NCBI GenBank assembly: GCA_964592995.1
Contig: CAZQIT010000029.1
Coordinates: forward strand, 1 to 32,593
DNA from: an uncultured Nitrospirota bacterium
GTDB lineage: Bacteria; Nitrospirota; Nitrospiria; SBBL01; CAZOFZ01
Reading direction: 5' to 3'
DNA length: 32,593 nt
Of the stretch, positions 1 to 8,976 are shown one piece after another; positions within the stretch are counted from its first letter, which is position 1; each line of letters opens with the position of its first letter. A program made the translations under genes and the position numbers. The notes beneath the pieces are model-generated. The model was not told the DNA's origin, made no database searches, and saw nothing but the letters and a program-made list of their open reading frames with translations.

Positions 1-126
1 TGGCTTGGGGGAAGGGGCCAGGAGGCGCACCTCTTTTTTTTGCTGATGCAGCCAGTGGATGAGTTTTTCAAGGATCGCGTCCTTTTGGGGATGATCTGAT
101 TTGATGACAATGCCGATCCGTTTCAT
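1..126 (-). CDS. nadK: NAD(+) kinase, first 42 codons only (gene runs off left edge)
   Basis: Minus-strand ATG at 126..124. Translation is MKRIGIVIKSDHPQKDAILEKLIHWLHQQKKEVRLLAPSPKP, which resembles the usual NadK/PpnK N-terminus (MKxIGIv.K ... L..WL...g.ev). Too short to appear in the ORF track. Confidence 0.45.
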   Translation of the reverse strand, partial: MKRIGIVIKSDHPQKDAILEKLIHWLHQQKKEVRLLAPSPKP

Positions 127-332
127 GATGGCCAAGCGTCAGTTGTCAGCAAGAAGAAGCCCTGTCGGCCCGCACATGATAAAGGGTTCGGCAGGTCAAG
201 TCCAGCTTACGGGTTCTTGACAGGGCAAGTGCAAGCAATTTGACAGGATGAGATGCCGCTGATAAGCTCTGGCGTGCGGCATTTTGATGACAACGCCGCA
301 CGCAACATCACACCGACAGCACAGGCAGGCCA

Positions 333-899
333 TTGCACAGGATGTTCTTCATCAGCGCTCTTTTTACCCTTCTCCTATCGGCGACCTACGGGTTTGCGAC
401 GGAGGTTTTTCGGTTCGTCGACGATGCCGGGACCCTTCATTTCGCCGATGCGCCCATCAACACCCGCTATCACTTCTTTATGAGGTATGGGACACACAGG
501 GAAAGCCTGCGGCCAAACCGGTTCGATACACTCATTGAGAATACGGCGAGCGGATATGGAATGGATCAGGCGCTGATCAAGGCCATCGTTCGCGTCGAAT
601 CCGACTTTAACGACCGGGCCGTCTCGCCCGCAGGGGCCATGGGGCTGATGCAACTGATGCCAAAGACGGCATCCGATCTGGGGCTGACCGATCCCTTTGA
701 TCCGGAAGAAAATGTGCGGGGCGGTACCCGATATCTCCGGTCGCTGTTAGGCATCTTGAATAACGACCTGAAGCTTGCACTGGCCGCCTACAACGCAGGC
801 CTTCAGCGGGTGTTGCAATATGGCGCCATCCCCCCCATCCAGGAAACGCAGCGCTACGTTGAAAAAGTCCTCCATTTCTATCGCCTCTACTCAAAATAA
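333..899 (+). CDS. secreted lytic murein transglycosylase (SLT/GH23 domain)
   Basis: 188-aa ORF with an N-terminal signal-like segment (FFISALFTLLLSATYGFA). Carries the SLT catalytic region VESDFNDRAVSPAGAMGLMQLMP ... AYNAG. TTG start at 333; alternative ATG at 342. Confidence 0.8.
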   Translation: MHRMFFISALFTLLLSATYGFATEVFRFVDDAGTLHFADAPINTRYHFFMRYGTHRESLRPNRFDTLIENTASGYGMDQALIKAIVRVESDFNDRAVSPAGAMGLMQLMPKTASDLGLTDPFDPEENVRGGTRYLRSLLGILNNDLKLALAAYNAGLQRVLQYGAIPPIQETQRYVEKVLHFYRLYSK

Positions 900-2533
900 G
901 GATCCCCGACAGCACGAGAAACCAATTCCTTTATTTCGGTCAGCGTCACAGTGGTGTGACCCGTGAGGGTTGCCGAATGAACGGGATGCGCCGGGGCTTC
1001 CGTGTGTGCCTCTGTCCGCGCCTCTGTCCGATAGTGTGCTCCTAGGCTCTCTTTCCGATTCAGGGCCGAGGCAATCATGGCCCCCGATACCTGCAGCAGG
1101 TTCGCCGTCTCTAACGCAGGCCGAGACAGGGCCAGCCCTGCCGTAACCTCGGTCCATTGGATCCATTGGGTCCATTGGGTCAGCGCCCTTTGAAGCGAGT
1201 CCTCGCTTCTGAGAATGCCCACTTCATTCCACATCATCTCACGCAGGTCTTTTTGGATTGACGCATAGACATGATGTGGCGCGGGATTGGCATATCGCGG
1301 CGCCACGGCATCGTCCGTTGCCTGCGGCGCATCGACTCTCCTGCCCATCTCTTCGCCTGCGCGTGCACCAAATACCAATCCTTCCAGCAGGGCATTACTG
1401 GCCAGTCGATTAGCGCCATGCACGCCGGTACAGGCGACCTCCCCGACGGCAAAGAGCCGAGAAAGGCTCGTTTCTCCGGTCAGAGATGTCTTCACCCCCC
1501 CCATGAGATAGTGCGCGCTGGGGGCCACGGGGATTTTCTCTCGCGTGATGTCAACGCCGTATCGAAGGCAGGTGGCATAAATCCGGGGAAACCGGTTTTG
1601 CACAAACTCGGCTGAAAGGTGGGTGACGTCCAGATAGACCGCCCGGCCCTGACGCATCTGATCCCAGATCGCGCGGGTCACGACATCTCGAGGCGCCATC
1701 TCACCGTCCGGGTGATACTGTTGTGCAAAGCGCCCGCCATCCGCATGGCACAAGATAGCCCCCTCGCCCCGCATCGCCTCGGAGAGCAAAAAAGAAGGGG
1801 CGGACGGAAGCAGCAGTGCGGTCGGGTGGAACTGCACAAACTCCATGTCTTCCACCACTGCGCCCGCTCGCAGCGCCATGGCAATGCCGTCTCCTGTGGC
1901 AATCTCCGGATTGGTCGTGCGTTGATAAACTTGGCCCCCGCCTCCGGTCGCCAGAATCACGCCTTTGGCCAGATACTTTTTCTGAACCCCCGTCTGCTCG
2001 TCCAGCACCCATGCCCCCCGACAGACCCCCTGTTGTTCGGCATCCATCAGGAGATCAATGGCGAAGTGACCCGTCTGAAACGTGACCTGAGGGTTGCCCT
2101 GGAGCGTTCGGATCAGGGTTCGAACAATTTCATAGCCGGTGGCGTCCCCCCTTGCGCGCAGAATCCGGCGATGGCGGTGCGCCCCCTCCGTCGCCAGGGC
2201 GAAGCGATCCCCGATTTTGTCAAACTCCGCGCCCCACCCGATCAGTTCCTGAACCCGCAGCAGCCCTTCTTCCACCAGCACGCGCACCGCCTCCGGACGA
2301 CACAGGCCACATCCGGCGTTCAGGGTGTCCTGAACGTGCGACGTAATGGCCTCTTCGTCCGCGTCCAGCGCGGCGGCAATGCCCCCTTGCGCAAACTCCG
2401 AACTGGACTCATTCAGCAGGCCCTTGTTCAGGATGATGACGCGCCCGTAGCGGCCAGCTTCAATGGCCGCGCGCAGTCCCGCAACACCGCTACCCATGAT
2501 CAGAACGTCGGTTTGAATGGAAGGATACGACAT
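887..2533 (-). CDS. nadB: L-aspartate oxidase
   Basis: 548 aa. FAD-binding N-terminus DVLIMGSGVAGLRAAIEA, plus HPTAL and HGANRLASNALLEGLVFG motifs typical of NadB. The C-terminal tail contains in-frame tandem repeats. Confidence 0.9.
   Translation of the reverse strand: MSYPSIQTDVLIMGSGVAGLRAAIEAGRYGRVIILNKGLLNESSSEFAQGGIAAALDADEEAITSHVQDTLNAGCGLCRPEAVRVLVEEGLLRVQELIGWGAEFDKIGDRFALATEGAHRHRRILRARGDATGYEIVRTLIRTLQGNPQVTFQTGHFAIDLLMDAEQQGVCRGAWVLDEQTGVQKKYLAKGVILATGGGGQVYQRTTNPEIATGDGIAMALRAGAVVEDMEFVQFHPTALLLPSAPSFLLSEAMRGEGAILCHADGGRFAQQYHPDGEMAPRDVVTRAIWDQMRQGRAVYLDVTHLSAEFVQNRFPRIYATCLRYGVDITREKIPVAPSAHYLMGGVKTSLTGETSLSRLFAVGEVACTGVHGANRLASNALLEGLVFGARAGEEMGRRVDAPQATDDAVAPRYANPAPHHVYASIQKDLREMMWNEVGILRSEDSLQRALTQWTQWIQWTEVTAGLALSRPALETANLLQVSGAMIASALNRKESLGAHYRTEARTEAHTEAPAHPVHSATLTGHTTVTLTEIKELVSRAVGDPYFE
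1008..1031. repeat. 12-bp tandem repeat x2 inside the nadB 3' region
   Basis: gcctctgtccgc / gcctctgtccga. Encodes part of TEARTEAHTEA on the minus strand. Confidence 0.9.
1152..1178. repeat. 9-bp tandem repeat x3 inside the nadB 3' region
   Basis: gtccattgg / atccattgg / gtccattgg. Encodes TQWTQWIQW on the minus strand. Confidence 0.9.
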
Positions 2534-2546
2534 GGGAAAGAGAGTG

Positions 2547-3356
2547 TTATCGCTTGCGGGCCGTCACCATAAAATTAAAACCAAACCGCCGGAAGGGATA
2601 GATTCCGGAGAGCTTCAGATCAATCTTCCCCAGCGCCAGGGCCAGCCTGCCAACCCACGTCCGCGCAGTTTCCAGAAGATACCGGTCCGGAATCAGTGAA
2701 GCCAAAAAATTGTGCCCCCGGCAGGAGAGCACCTCAAAGCCATTTTTCTCAAGCAGGGCTGTCAATTCGGAGTACGTGAAGGTCTTAAACCGCATTCCTT
2801 CCCAAACCCGCGTGGCGTGGCCCCGCCCCTTCACCAGAAAGGCATCCACACATTCCTCTGGATGATACAACATCCCAAAATTCCACTTGGTGTCGGCCTC
2901 CAGCGTTACAATGGCCCCCGGTCTGGACACCCGCGCCATCTCGGAAACCGCTTGTTCGTATCCGTCCACAATATGGCTGAGCACATCACCGTAAGAGACG
3001 ATGCAGTCAAAGCTGGCATCCGCGAAGGGAAGTTGGCAGGCGTCGGCCACCTGAAACCGGGCGTGGGGATGAGCCTGACAGCGTGTTTTGGCAATCCGGA
3101 TCAACGCCACGGAGAGATCGATGCCGATGACTTCTGCCGCATGGTCGGCCAAGTAGATGGATTGGAGACCGCTTCCGCACCCCAGGTCCAAAACGCGGGA
3201 GAAGCGTCGTCCCGCCGTCAGCTCCTTCAGACAAAGCGCGTACAGGAGGTAGCAGTTCAGGAGAAACGGGGTCACGCGCGCCAGCGCGTCATAGCCTTCC
3301 CCCAAATCATTATAACGCTTGAGGACCGCCTGACCAGCAGGGCCAGACTTGTTCAT
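2547..3356 (-). CDS. class I SAM-dependent methyltransferase
   Basis: 269 aa with motif I VLDLGCGSGLQS and a downstream acidic loop (IGIDLS). 4-nt overlap with the upstream peptidase gene. Confidence 0.75.
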   Translation of the reverse strand: MNKSGPAGQAVLKRYNDLGEGYDALARVTPFLLNCYLLYALCLKELTAGRRFSRVLDLGCGSGLQSIYLADHAAEVIGIDLSVALIRIAKTRCQAHPHARFQVADACQLPFADASFDCIVSYGDVLSHIVDGYEQAVSEMARVSRPGAIVTLEADTKWNFGMLYHPEECVDAFLVKGRGHATRVWEGMRFKTFTYSELTALLEKNGFEVLSCRGHNFLASLIPDRYLLETARTWVGRLALALGKIDLKLSGIYPFRRFGFNFMVTARKR

Positions 3357-4714
3357 TTTGGCCCCGTCTTTCGGGTGGGCGGACTTCCCACCCCCACAAG
3401 CGCGTAATGCGCTGGATTCAGATACGTTTTGGCCACACGCAGGACATCCTCCCGCGTCACGGCGCGAATAGACTGCGGATACTTTTCAAAATAATCCAGC
3501 CCCAATTGCTGGAACTCAATCGCCGCAAGCATCGCCGCAAACTTGGCCGTGCTGTCGATCCGGAGGGGAAAGCTGCCCGTGAGATACCCCTGTGTCTCCG
3601 AAAGCTCGGCCTCCGATACGAGGCCGTTCTGGATGCGTTTGATCTGGGCCAATACCGCATCGATGGCCACACCGACACTTTCATTCTTTGTCTGAAGTGA
3701 CACGGAGAACGACCCCGACATTTGCCTTGCATTAAACAAGGAGAAGATGGAGTAGACCAGCCCCTGGTTATCCCGCACGTCGGCCATCATTCGGGAAGAG
3801 AAGCCGCCTCCACCCAGAATATAATTCATGACGCTGACGGCATAATAGTCGGGATGGGCGCGGTGAATCCCCACATGCCCCAGCATCAGGGTGGCCTGCG
3901 TGAGATCCGGTTTGTCGATCCACTGTATCTCCTGTTTTTGCAGTGGCGCGGGGACCGCGCGCGTGAGGGCGGGGATGGACCCCGGCTCCCATGCCGAGAA
4001 GTATTTTTGGGCGAGGCCAACGACTTCGGCTTGCGTCACATCACCCACCACGGCCATGATGGTATTGTTGGGACGAAAGTAGGTTTTATGAAAAGTGACG
4101 ATGGCGCTCCGATCCAGCTTTCCGGCCGTCTCCTCTCGACCGATCACCGGATATTGATAGGGATGGCCCGAAAAAACAAGCTTCCGAAAGGCCCGCTCGG
4201 CCATTGCTTTAGGCTGATCCGACTCGGCCGCAATGAGGCTTAAAACGTTCCGGCGCACCCGCGCAACCTCAACTTCGCCAAAGGCGGGCGCCATCAGGAT
4301 ATCGGCCAGCAGATCCATGCCGACATCGACATCTTTTTTGAGGACTTGTAGCGTCACCGACGTGAAATCTTCTTCCGTCTCCACAGAAAGTCTGCCGCCG
4401 ATTGCGTCGATGGTTTCGGCAATCTGCGTTGCACTCCGCCGCGTCGTCCCCTGTTCCAAGAGGGATGCCGTCATATTGGCCAGCCCCGATTGCGCTTCCG
4501 GATCGCGGGCCGATCCGGCCTTGACCCGCACCTCCACACTCACGATCGGGATGGAGGAACGCGAAAGCATCAGAAGGGTTATGCCCCTGGCCGTCACAAT
4601 GCGCGTCGGCTTGATCTCGGCCGACTCGGCGCGCAGGACCAACAGGCCCATGACCCAGACGAGACAGACGAAAAGGATTAACAAATGAGTGCGGTTCATC
4701 TGTTTCCGATTCAT
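3353..4714 (-). CDS. M16 (pitrilysin/insulinase) family peptidase, probably the non-catalytic partner
   Basis: 453 aa with a signal/TM N-terminus and M16 fold-like sequence. The HxxEH position reads ANMTASLLEQGT, so the zinc motif is absent. 4-nt overlap with the preceding M16 gene. Confidence 0.75.
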   Translation of the reverse strand: MNRKQMNRTHLLILFVCLVWVMGLLVLRAESAEIKPTRIVTARGITLLMLSRSSIPIVSVEVRVKAGSARDPEAQSGLANMTASLLEQGTTRRSATQIAETIDAIGGRLSVETEEDFTSVTLQVLKKDVDVGMDLLADILMAPAFGEVEVARVRRNVLSLIAAESDQPKAMAERAFRKLVFSGHPYQYPVIGREETAGKLDRSAIVTFHKTYFRPNNTIMAVVGDVTQAEVVGLAQKYFSAWEPGSIPALTRAVPAPLQKQEIQWIDKPDLTQATLMLGHVGIHRAHPDYYAVSVMNYILGGGGFSSRMMADVRDNQGLVYSIFSLFNARQMSGSFSVSLQTKNESVGVAIDAVLAQIKRIQNGLVSEAELSETQGYLTGSFPLRIDSTAKFAAMLAAIEFQQLGLDYFEKYPQSIRAVTREDVLRVAKTYLNPAHYALVGVGSPPTRKTGPK

Positions 4715-6081
4715 GGGGCGGCTCCCTCTCCGACTTTGACTTCGGGTGCTGCGAAAGAAGCCTTCTTGGGAATGAGGATGCCGATGCTCTTGTTATCGTC
4801 GGTCAGGTATATCCTGGCAACCCGTTGAATGTCGGCGGACGTAACCTTACGGATATTTTCCACAAAATGTTCCGCAAAGGGATATCCTGCCCCCGTAGTC
4901 TCGGCCATGCCAATCTGCATCCCCCGATAAAAATTGGAATCGGCGCTCATGATCCATTTGGCCTCAATCTGGTTTTTCGCCTTCTGTATTTCCGGGTCCG
5001 AAGCTGCCTCAGATCGGACCCGCTCAATCTCGGCCTGCAGCGCAGTCTCCAATGCCGCAACGGATGTTTCCGACGCTTCTTTTGGATGGGCCATCGCGTA
5101 GAAATAGAACAAGTCCGGGTCGGTGGTCAAGCCATCGTAATGCCCGCCCGCATCTAGGGCAATCTGTTGCCGATAGACCAGGCTTTGATAGAGCCGCGTG
5201 CTCTTGCCGCCGGAGAGGATTTGCGAAAGAACCGTCAGCGGATAGAGGTCGGGGCTTTGATGGTTGGGCGCATGATAGGCCGCAAAGACAAACGGAATCT
5301 GCGCTTCGCGCGTTACCCGAAGACGACGCTCCCCGATCTGCGGCAACTCCGGAGAGACCGATTGCGAAGGAACTTCCGCAGCCTTTGGAATCGCCCCAAA
5401 CGCCTTTTTGATTTTGGGCCGCAAGGTCTGGGTGTCAAAGTCGCCGACGACAACAATCGTCGCGTTTTGTGGAATGTAATACTTTTTGTAATAACGATAG
5501 GCGTCGTCGCGAGTTAACCGATCCAGATCGCTCATCTGGCCGATGATCGGCTGGCGATAGGGATGAATCAGAAACGAAATGGCGTAGAGCTGCTCGATCA
5601 GGAAAGCGTAGGGGTCGTCGTCAGTACGGGTGCGGCGCTCCTCTTTGACCACGTCCCTCTCCAGCAAAAACTCGGCAGGATCAAGCAGCAGGTTTTGCAT
5701 CCGGTCGGCCTCCAACGCCAGCGAAAGATCAATCCGGTCGGCGGCAAAATTCTCGAAATAGGCGGTGTAATCCCGTCCGGTGAAGGCATTTTCCGTGCCG
5801 CCGTTTTTGGCCACGATCCGCGAAAATTCCCCTTTGCCATATTTCGGAGTCCCCTTGAACATCATGTGTTCGAGCAGGTGCGACAATCCACCCTGACCCG
5901 TCACCTCATTGCGGGAACCGACCTTGTACCAGACCTGAAAGGTCACCACGGGCGCCTTATGTTCTTCCATAAGGACGACCTTGAGGCCATTTTCCAGCGT
6001 AAAGGACTCCATCGTGCCCGCATGAAGATCGGACAGGACGAAGAAACCGAAGAGCAGCGTAAAGATGATTTTGCGTGTCAT
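4711..6081 (-). CDS. M16 family zinc peptidase (HxxEH present)
   Basis: Inverted zinc motif GLSHLLEHMMFKGT. Start moved to ATG 6081 (MTRKIIFTLLFGFFVL signal peptide). The 38 upstream codons of the tracked ORF merely translate the duplicated intergenic repeat. Confidence 0.85.
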   Translation of the reverse strand: MTRKIIFTLLFGFFVLSDLHAGTMESFTLENGLKVVLMEEHKAPVVTFQVWYKVGSRNEVTGQGGLSHLLEHMMFKGTPKYGKGEFSRIVAKNGGTENAFTGRDYTAYFENFAADRIDLSLALEADRMQNLLLDPAEFLLERDVVKEERRTRTDDDPYAFLIEQLYAISFLIHPYRQPIIGQMSDLDRLTRDDAYRYYKKYYIPQNATIVVVGDFDTQTLRPKIKKAFGAIPKAAEVPSQSVSPELPQIGERRLRVTREAQIPFVFAAYHAPNHQSPDLYPLTVLSQILSGGKSTRLYQSLVYRQQIALDAGGHYDGLTTDPDLFYFYAMAHPKEASETSVAALETALQAEIERVRSEAASDPEIQKAKNQIEAKWIMSADSNFYRGMQIGMAETTGAGYPFAEHFVENIRKVTSADIQRVARIYLTDDNKSIGILIPKKASFAAPEVKVGEGAAP

Positions 6082-6082
6082 G

Positions 6083-6177
6083 GCGTTTGTTTCATCCGTT
6101 TTGCAACATCGTTTTTTGAAAACGCTCCAATAGGGTGCGTGATCTGAACCCGATGCTCGGCATTTTTCGCGGATGTG
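6083..6177. repeat. direct repeat copy 1 (hscA-peptidase spacer), 95 bp
   Basis: Identical to 7192..7287 except ccaataggg vs ccaaacaggg. Contains the small palindrome cgtttt-ttg-aaaacg. Confidence 0.95.
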
Positions 6178-6210
6178 GTGTTCTCTTCTGCACAAAGAAA
6201 CAACTTATTA

Positions 6211-6231
6211 CAGCATCGGTGAGCAATGCTG
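6211..6231 (-). terminator. possible terminator hairpin after vapC
   Basis: cagcat-cggtgagca-atgctg (6-bp stem). On the minus strand it is followed by the T-rich taataagttgtttctttg. Weak stem, so tentative. Confidence 0.3.
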
Positions 6232-6296
6232 CTTTACCCCCCTCTCCTCCCCCTAATTTGCCCACAGATTCTGCTGAAGAGCCAGTAAATTGACCT

Positions 6297-6722
6297 CTAC
6301 GAGGAAAGACGCCCTTTCCTGTGGGGCTTGCCTTCAGGAGGGGAAACCGGATACAGACGTAAGTCAGAGATGGGGAAGTGGACGCGATTGTATGTAACAA
6401 TGACCATGCTGTGAATCTTTGCCGTTGCGGAGAGGAGGAGGTCTGGGAGGTCAACCGTAACCCCTTTGGCGCGCAGTGTCCGATAATACGCTGCTGCTTG
6501 ATCCGCGATTTCCGCAGTCAGATTAAAGTGTGTCAGGGCGTTTAAGAATGCTTCGGTAACTTCTCTTTCCTGTAGGCGCATTCCAGCCTTTACTTCGAAA
6601 AGGGTGATGACAGAGCAGGACAGCGTTTCTTCTCTGTGGATTTTTTGCATTAACTCCACAGTCTTACGATCTCCACGCAAAAACCAGATGATGACATCGG
6701 CATCTAAAAGCAGATCAGCCAT
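6297..6722 (-). CDS. vapC: PIN-domain toxin (VapC family)
   Basis: Start at ATG 6722 (MADLLLDADVIIWFLRGD...), a typical VapC N-terminus with conserved acidic residues. 8-nt overlap with the upstream antitoxin gene. Lower GC than the surroundings. Confidence 0.8.
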   Translation of the reverse strand: MADLLLDADVIIWFLRGDRKTVELMQKIHREETLSCSVITLFEVKAGMRLQEREVTEAFLNALTHFNLTAEIADQAAAYYRTLRAKGVTVDLPDLLLSATAKIHSMVIVTYNRVHFPISDLRLYPVSPPEGKPHRKGRLSS

Positions 6723-6987
6723 GCAGTTGCTCAATTCTCTTGCCTGTATCTTTATGGATTTCTGAAAGCTGATGATGAACATCTTTCAGGGTCGAAAGCT
6801 CTGGATACTGTGCATCTTTCCATGCCCCTGCCGCTTTCTCCATGGCCCGCGTCAAATGCTGTCGTTTTAACTCTTTCTGTGTAGCCGCTACAATAAACTC
6901 ACTCCGTTTTCTTCGGGAAACAATCTGGTCAACCATCACAAGAAGATTTTCCGGAAATACAACCTGCATTTTTATTTTTCTATCCAT
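6715..6987 (-). CDS. vapB: ribbon-helix-helix (CopG-like) antitoxin
   Basis: 90 aa. N-terminal beta-strand/helix pattern KMQVVFPENLLVMVDQIVSRRKRSEFIVAATQKELKR. Overlaps the vapC start. RBS AAGGAAG lies upstream. Confidence 0.7.
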   Translation of the reverse strand: MDRKIKMQVVFPENLLVMVDQIVSRRKRSEFIVAATQKELKRQHLTRAMEKAAGAWKDAQYPELSTLKDVHHQLSEIHKDTGKRIEQLHG

Positions 6988-6999
6988 GGTTCAGCTTCC

Positions 7000-7176
7000 T
7001 TATGTTTTATAGATTTTAGCATACCATATAGGTTGATACATATCAAGCCTTATAGGCTGTATTATCATCATGATAACCGTATCTTCAATGAGCACTGGGA
7101 CACGGGTTCCCACAAAGACCAGCGTACCGCCGAGAATCTCTGGATCACGATGAACTGCGGAAGCATTTCCACTCAT
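7000..7176 (-). pseudogene. relic of a DUF433-type antitoxin gene
   Basis: Unlisted 58-codon minus-strand ORF. It begins MSGNASAVHRDPEILGGTLVFVGTRVPVLIED, matching the DUF433 core (dP.i.gG.P.i.GTRipV). The sequence then degenerates and runs through the vapB promoter. Confidence 0.45.
7018..7046 (-). promoter_or_regulatory. cassette-internal sigma70-like promoter with palindromic operator for vapBC
   Basis: Minus strand reads TTGATA-17 nt-TATGCT, about 30 nt upstream of the vapB ATG. The -35 element is one arm of the perfect palindrome TTGATA-tg-TATCAA (7033..7046), a plausible RHH antitoxin operator. Confidence 0.5.
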
Positions 7177-7191
7177 ATCATTCTACCTATA

Positions 7192-7287
7192 GCGTTTGTT
7201 TCATCCGTTTTGCAACATCGTTTTTTGAAAACGCTCCAAACAGGGTGCGTGATCTGAACCCGATGCTCGGCATTTTTCGCGGATGTG
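7192..7287. repeat. direct repeat copy 2 (hscA-peptidase spacer), 96 bp
   Basis: See 6083..6177. Begins 21 nt downstream of the hscA stop codon. Confidence 0.95.
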
Positions 7288-7308
7288 TCGCATAACTTTT
7301 GTAATGGT

Positions 7309-8976
7309 CTATATGTCATCGACTTCTGATTCTGAAGCGTCCCCCGAAGGGGCTGCGTGGAGGGCCTGATTGATCCGCGCCTCAATCTGTGTCCGCGCGG
7401 CCATGTCGGCATGCGCATGTTGAATGGAGGCCGCAATCATCGCCTCCACTTCGTTATCGGTGAGGCCATGTGACGGCTTGATCTCTACCGACTGCACCTT
7501 TCCGCTTCGCAGCTCTTTGGCCGTCACGTTGAGCATCCCGTTCGCGTCGAGCAGAAAGGTCACCTCAATCCGGGGCGTCCCCGCCGGCATCGGATCAATG
7601 TCGGTGAGGTGAAATTTCGCCAGGCTCCGACAGTCCGCCACCAACTCCCGTTCTCCCTGCACCACATGGATCGAAACCGATTTCTGGCCGTCAACAGAGG
7701 TGGTGAAGCTCTCCTTCGCGCGGGTGGGAAGGGTCGCATTGCGCGGAATCAGCCGACTCACGACCCCCCCCAGGGTCTCAATCCCCAGAGACAAAGGGGT
7801 GACATCCAGCAGCAGCAGGTCGGTGATGCCGCCCGACAGAATGTCGGCCTGAATCGCGGCGCCCAGCGCCACGACCTCGTCGGGATTCAATTCGCAATGG
7901 GGGGTTCTTGAAAAAAAATCGGAGACCGCCTGTCGCACAAGTGGCATCCGGGTGGATCCCCCCACCAGCACGACCTCATCAATCTGTGCGGTCGAAAGAT
8001 GCGCGTCAGACACCGCATGACGGCAGCAAGCAATGGTCTGATTGATCAACCCCTGTATGAGCGCTTCAAACTCGACCCGCGTCAGTGTGCGACGATAGTC
8101 GATCTGTAGGTCGGGAATCGTCAGATGTATCTCCGTGGCTGGTTGTTCACTGAGTTGACACTTGGCCCCCTCTGCAGCCAGGCGCACAGCCTGGAGCGCT
8201 CCGGCACGACCGGTACGACCGGTACGACCGGTGCGAGTGGGATCGGATAAGAGATCGACACCGAACTGTTGCTGGATTTCAGAAAAAAAGAGGGCCGCCA
8301 GACGTTGGTCAATGTCGTCTCCGCCCAGATGGGTGTCTCCGTGGGTGGCGAGGACTTCAAAAATGCCGTTTTTGATCTTGAGGATCGAAATGTCGAATGT
8401 GCCACCGCCGAAGTCGTAGACGGCAATCGTCCCCTCCGACTTTCTCTGAAGTCCGTAGGCCAGCGAGGCCGCCGTCGGCTCATTCACGATACGGAGCACT
8501 TCCAGACCGGCAATCCGTCCCGCATCCTTCGTGGCCTGACGCTGGCTGTCGTTGAAGTAGGCCGGCACCGTGATGACCGCCTGCGTAATCTGTTTTTGAA
8601 GGAACGTCTCGGCCTGGACTTTTAGCGTCCTGAGGATGATTGCGGAGATTTCCGGCGGGGTATAGGTCTGCCCAGCAACCTCAATCCGAATGACCGCGTC
8701 GCCCGACAGTCGGAACGGAATGAACTTTCGATCCTGGCCAATCTCGTCGATTCCCTTCCCCATCAATCGCTTGATGGAATAGAGGGTGCGGTCGGCATGG
8801 GTCAAAAGCGCCCGTTTTGCCCGCTCTCCGGCGACCGGCGTATCCCCTTCGAAGGTTACGACAGAGGGCACCATTCCGCGCCCCTGGGCATCCGGAATGA
8901 TGCGGGGCGTACCCCGGTCCATATAGGCCACCAAGCTGTTCGTGGTTCCCAAATCAATCCCGACAATCATCTTCAC
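7309..8976 (-). CDS. hscA: Fe-S cluster assembly Hsp70 chaperone HscA
   Basis: 555 aa. Hsp70 signatures [21 protein letters not shown] and [11 protein letters not shown]. Sits after hscB within the isc operon. Confidence 0.9.
   Translation of the reverse strand: MKMIVGIDLGTTNSLVAYMDRGTPRIIPDAQGRGMVPSVVTFEGDTPVAGERAKRALLTHADRTLYSIKRLMGKGIDEIGQDRKFIPFRLSGDAVIRIEVAGQTYTPPEISAIILRTLKVQAETFLQKQITQAVITVPAYFNDSQRQATKDAGRIAGLEVLRIVNEPTAASLAYGLQRKSEGTIAVYDFGGGTFDISILKIKNGIFEVLATHGDTHLGGDDIDQRLAALFFSEIQQQFGVDLLSDPTRTGRTGRTGRAGALQAVRLAAEGAKCQLSEQPATEIHLTIPDLQIDYRRTLTRVEFEALIQGLINQTIACCRHAVSDAHLSTAQIDEVVLVGGSTRMPLVRQAVSDFFSRTPHCELNPDEVVALGAAIQADILSGGITDLLLLDVTPLSLGIETLGGVVSRLIPRNATLPTRAKESFTTSVDGQKSVSIHVVQGERELVADCRSLAKFHLTDIDPMPAGTPRIEVTFLLDANGMLNVTAKELRSGKVQSVEIKPSHGLTDNEVEAMIAASIQHAHADMAARTQIEARINQALHAAPSGDASESEVDDI
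8202..8237. repeat. 9-bp tandem repeat x4 inside hscA
   Basis: cggcacgac / cggtacgac / cggtacgac / cggtgcgag. Encodes [13 protein letters not shown] in-frame. Confidence 0.9.

Noticed and set aside
218-301. Two TTGACA hexamers and a gtgcggc...gccgcac hairpin in the nadK/transglycosylase divergent spacer
   Set aside because: No convincing -10 element lies at the proper spacing for either hexamer, so no promoter was called.
1619-3407. Plus-strand ORFs of 317 and 231 aa
   Set aside because: They are antisense to nadB and the methyltransferase and have no motifs.
6082-6195. N-terminal 38-codon extension of the M16 peptidase ORF
   Set aside because: It translates the duplicated intergenic repeat; the same peptide, SVFKKRCCKTDETNA, appears in a spurious ORF at 7173..7436. 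The signal peptide begins at the internal ATG 6081.
7033-7257. 74-aa plus-strand ORF in the vapBC upstream region
   Set aside because: It overlaps the vapB promoter, the DUF433 relic on the other strand and repeat copy 2. It has no RBS or motifs.
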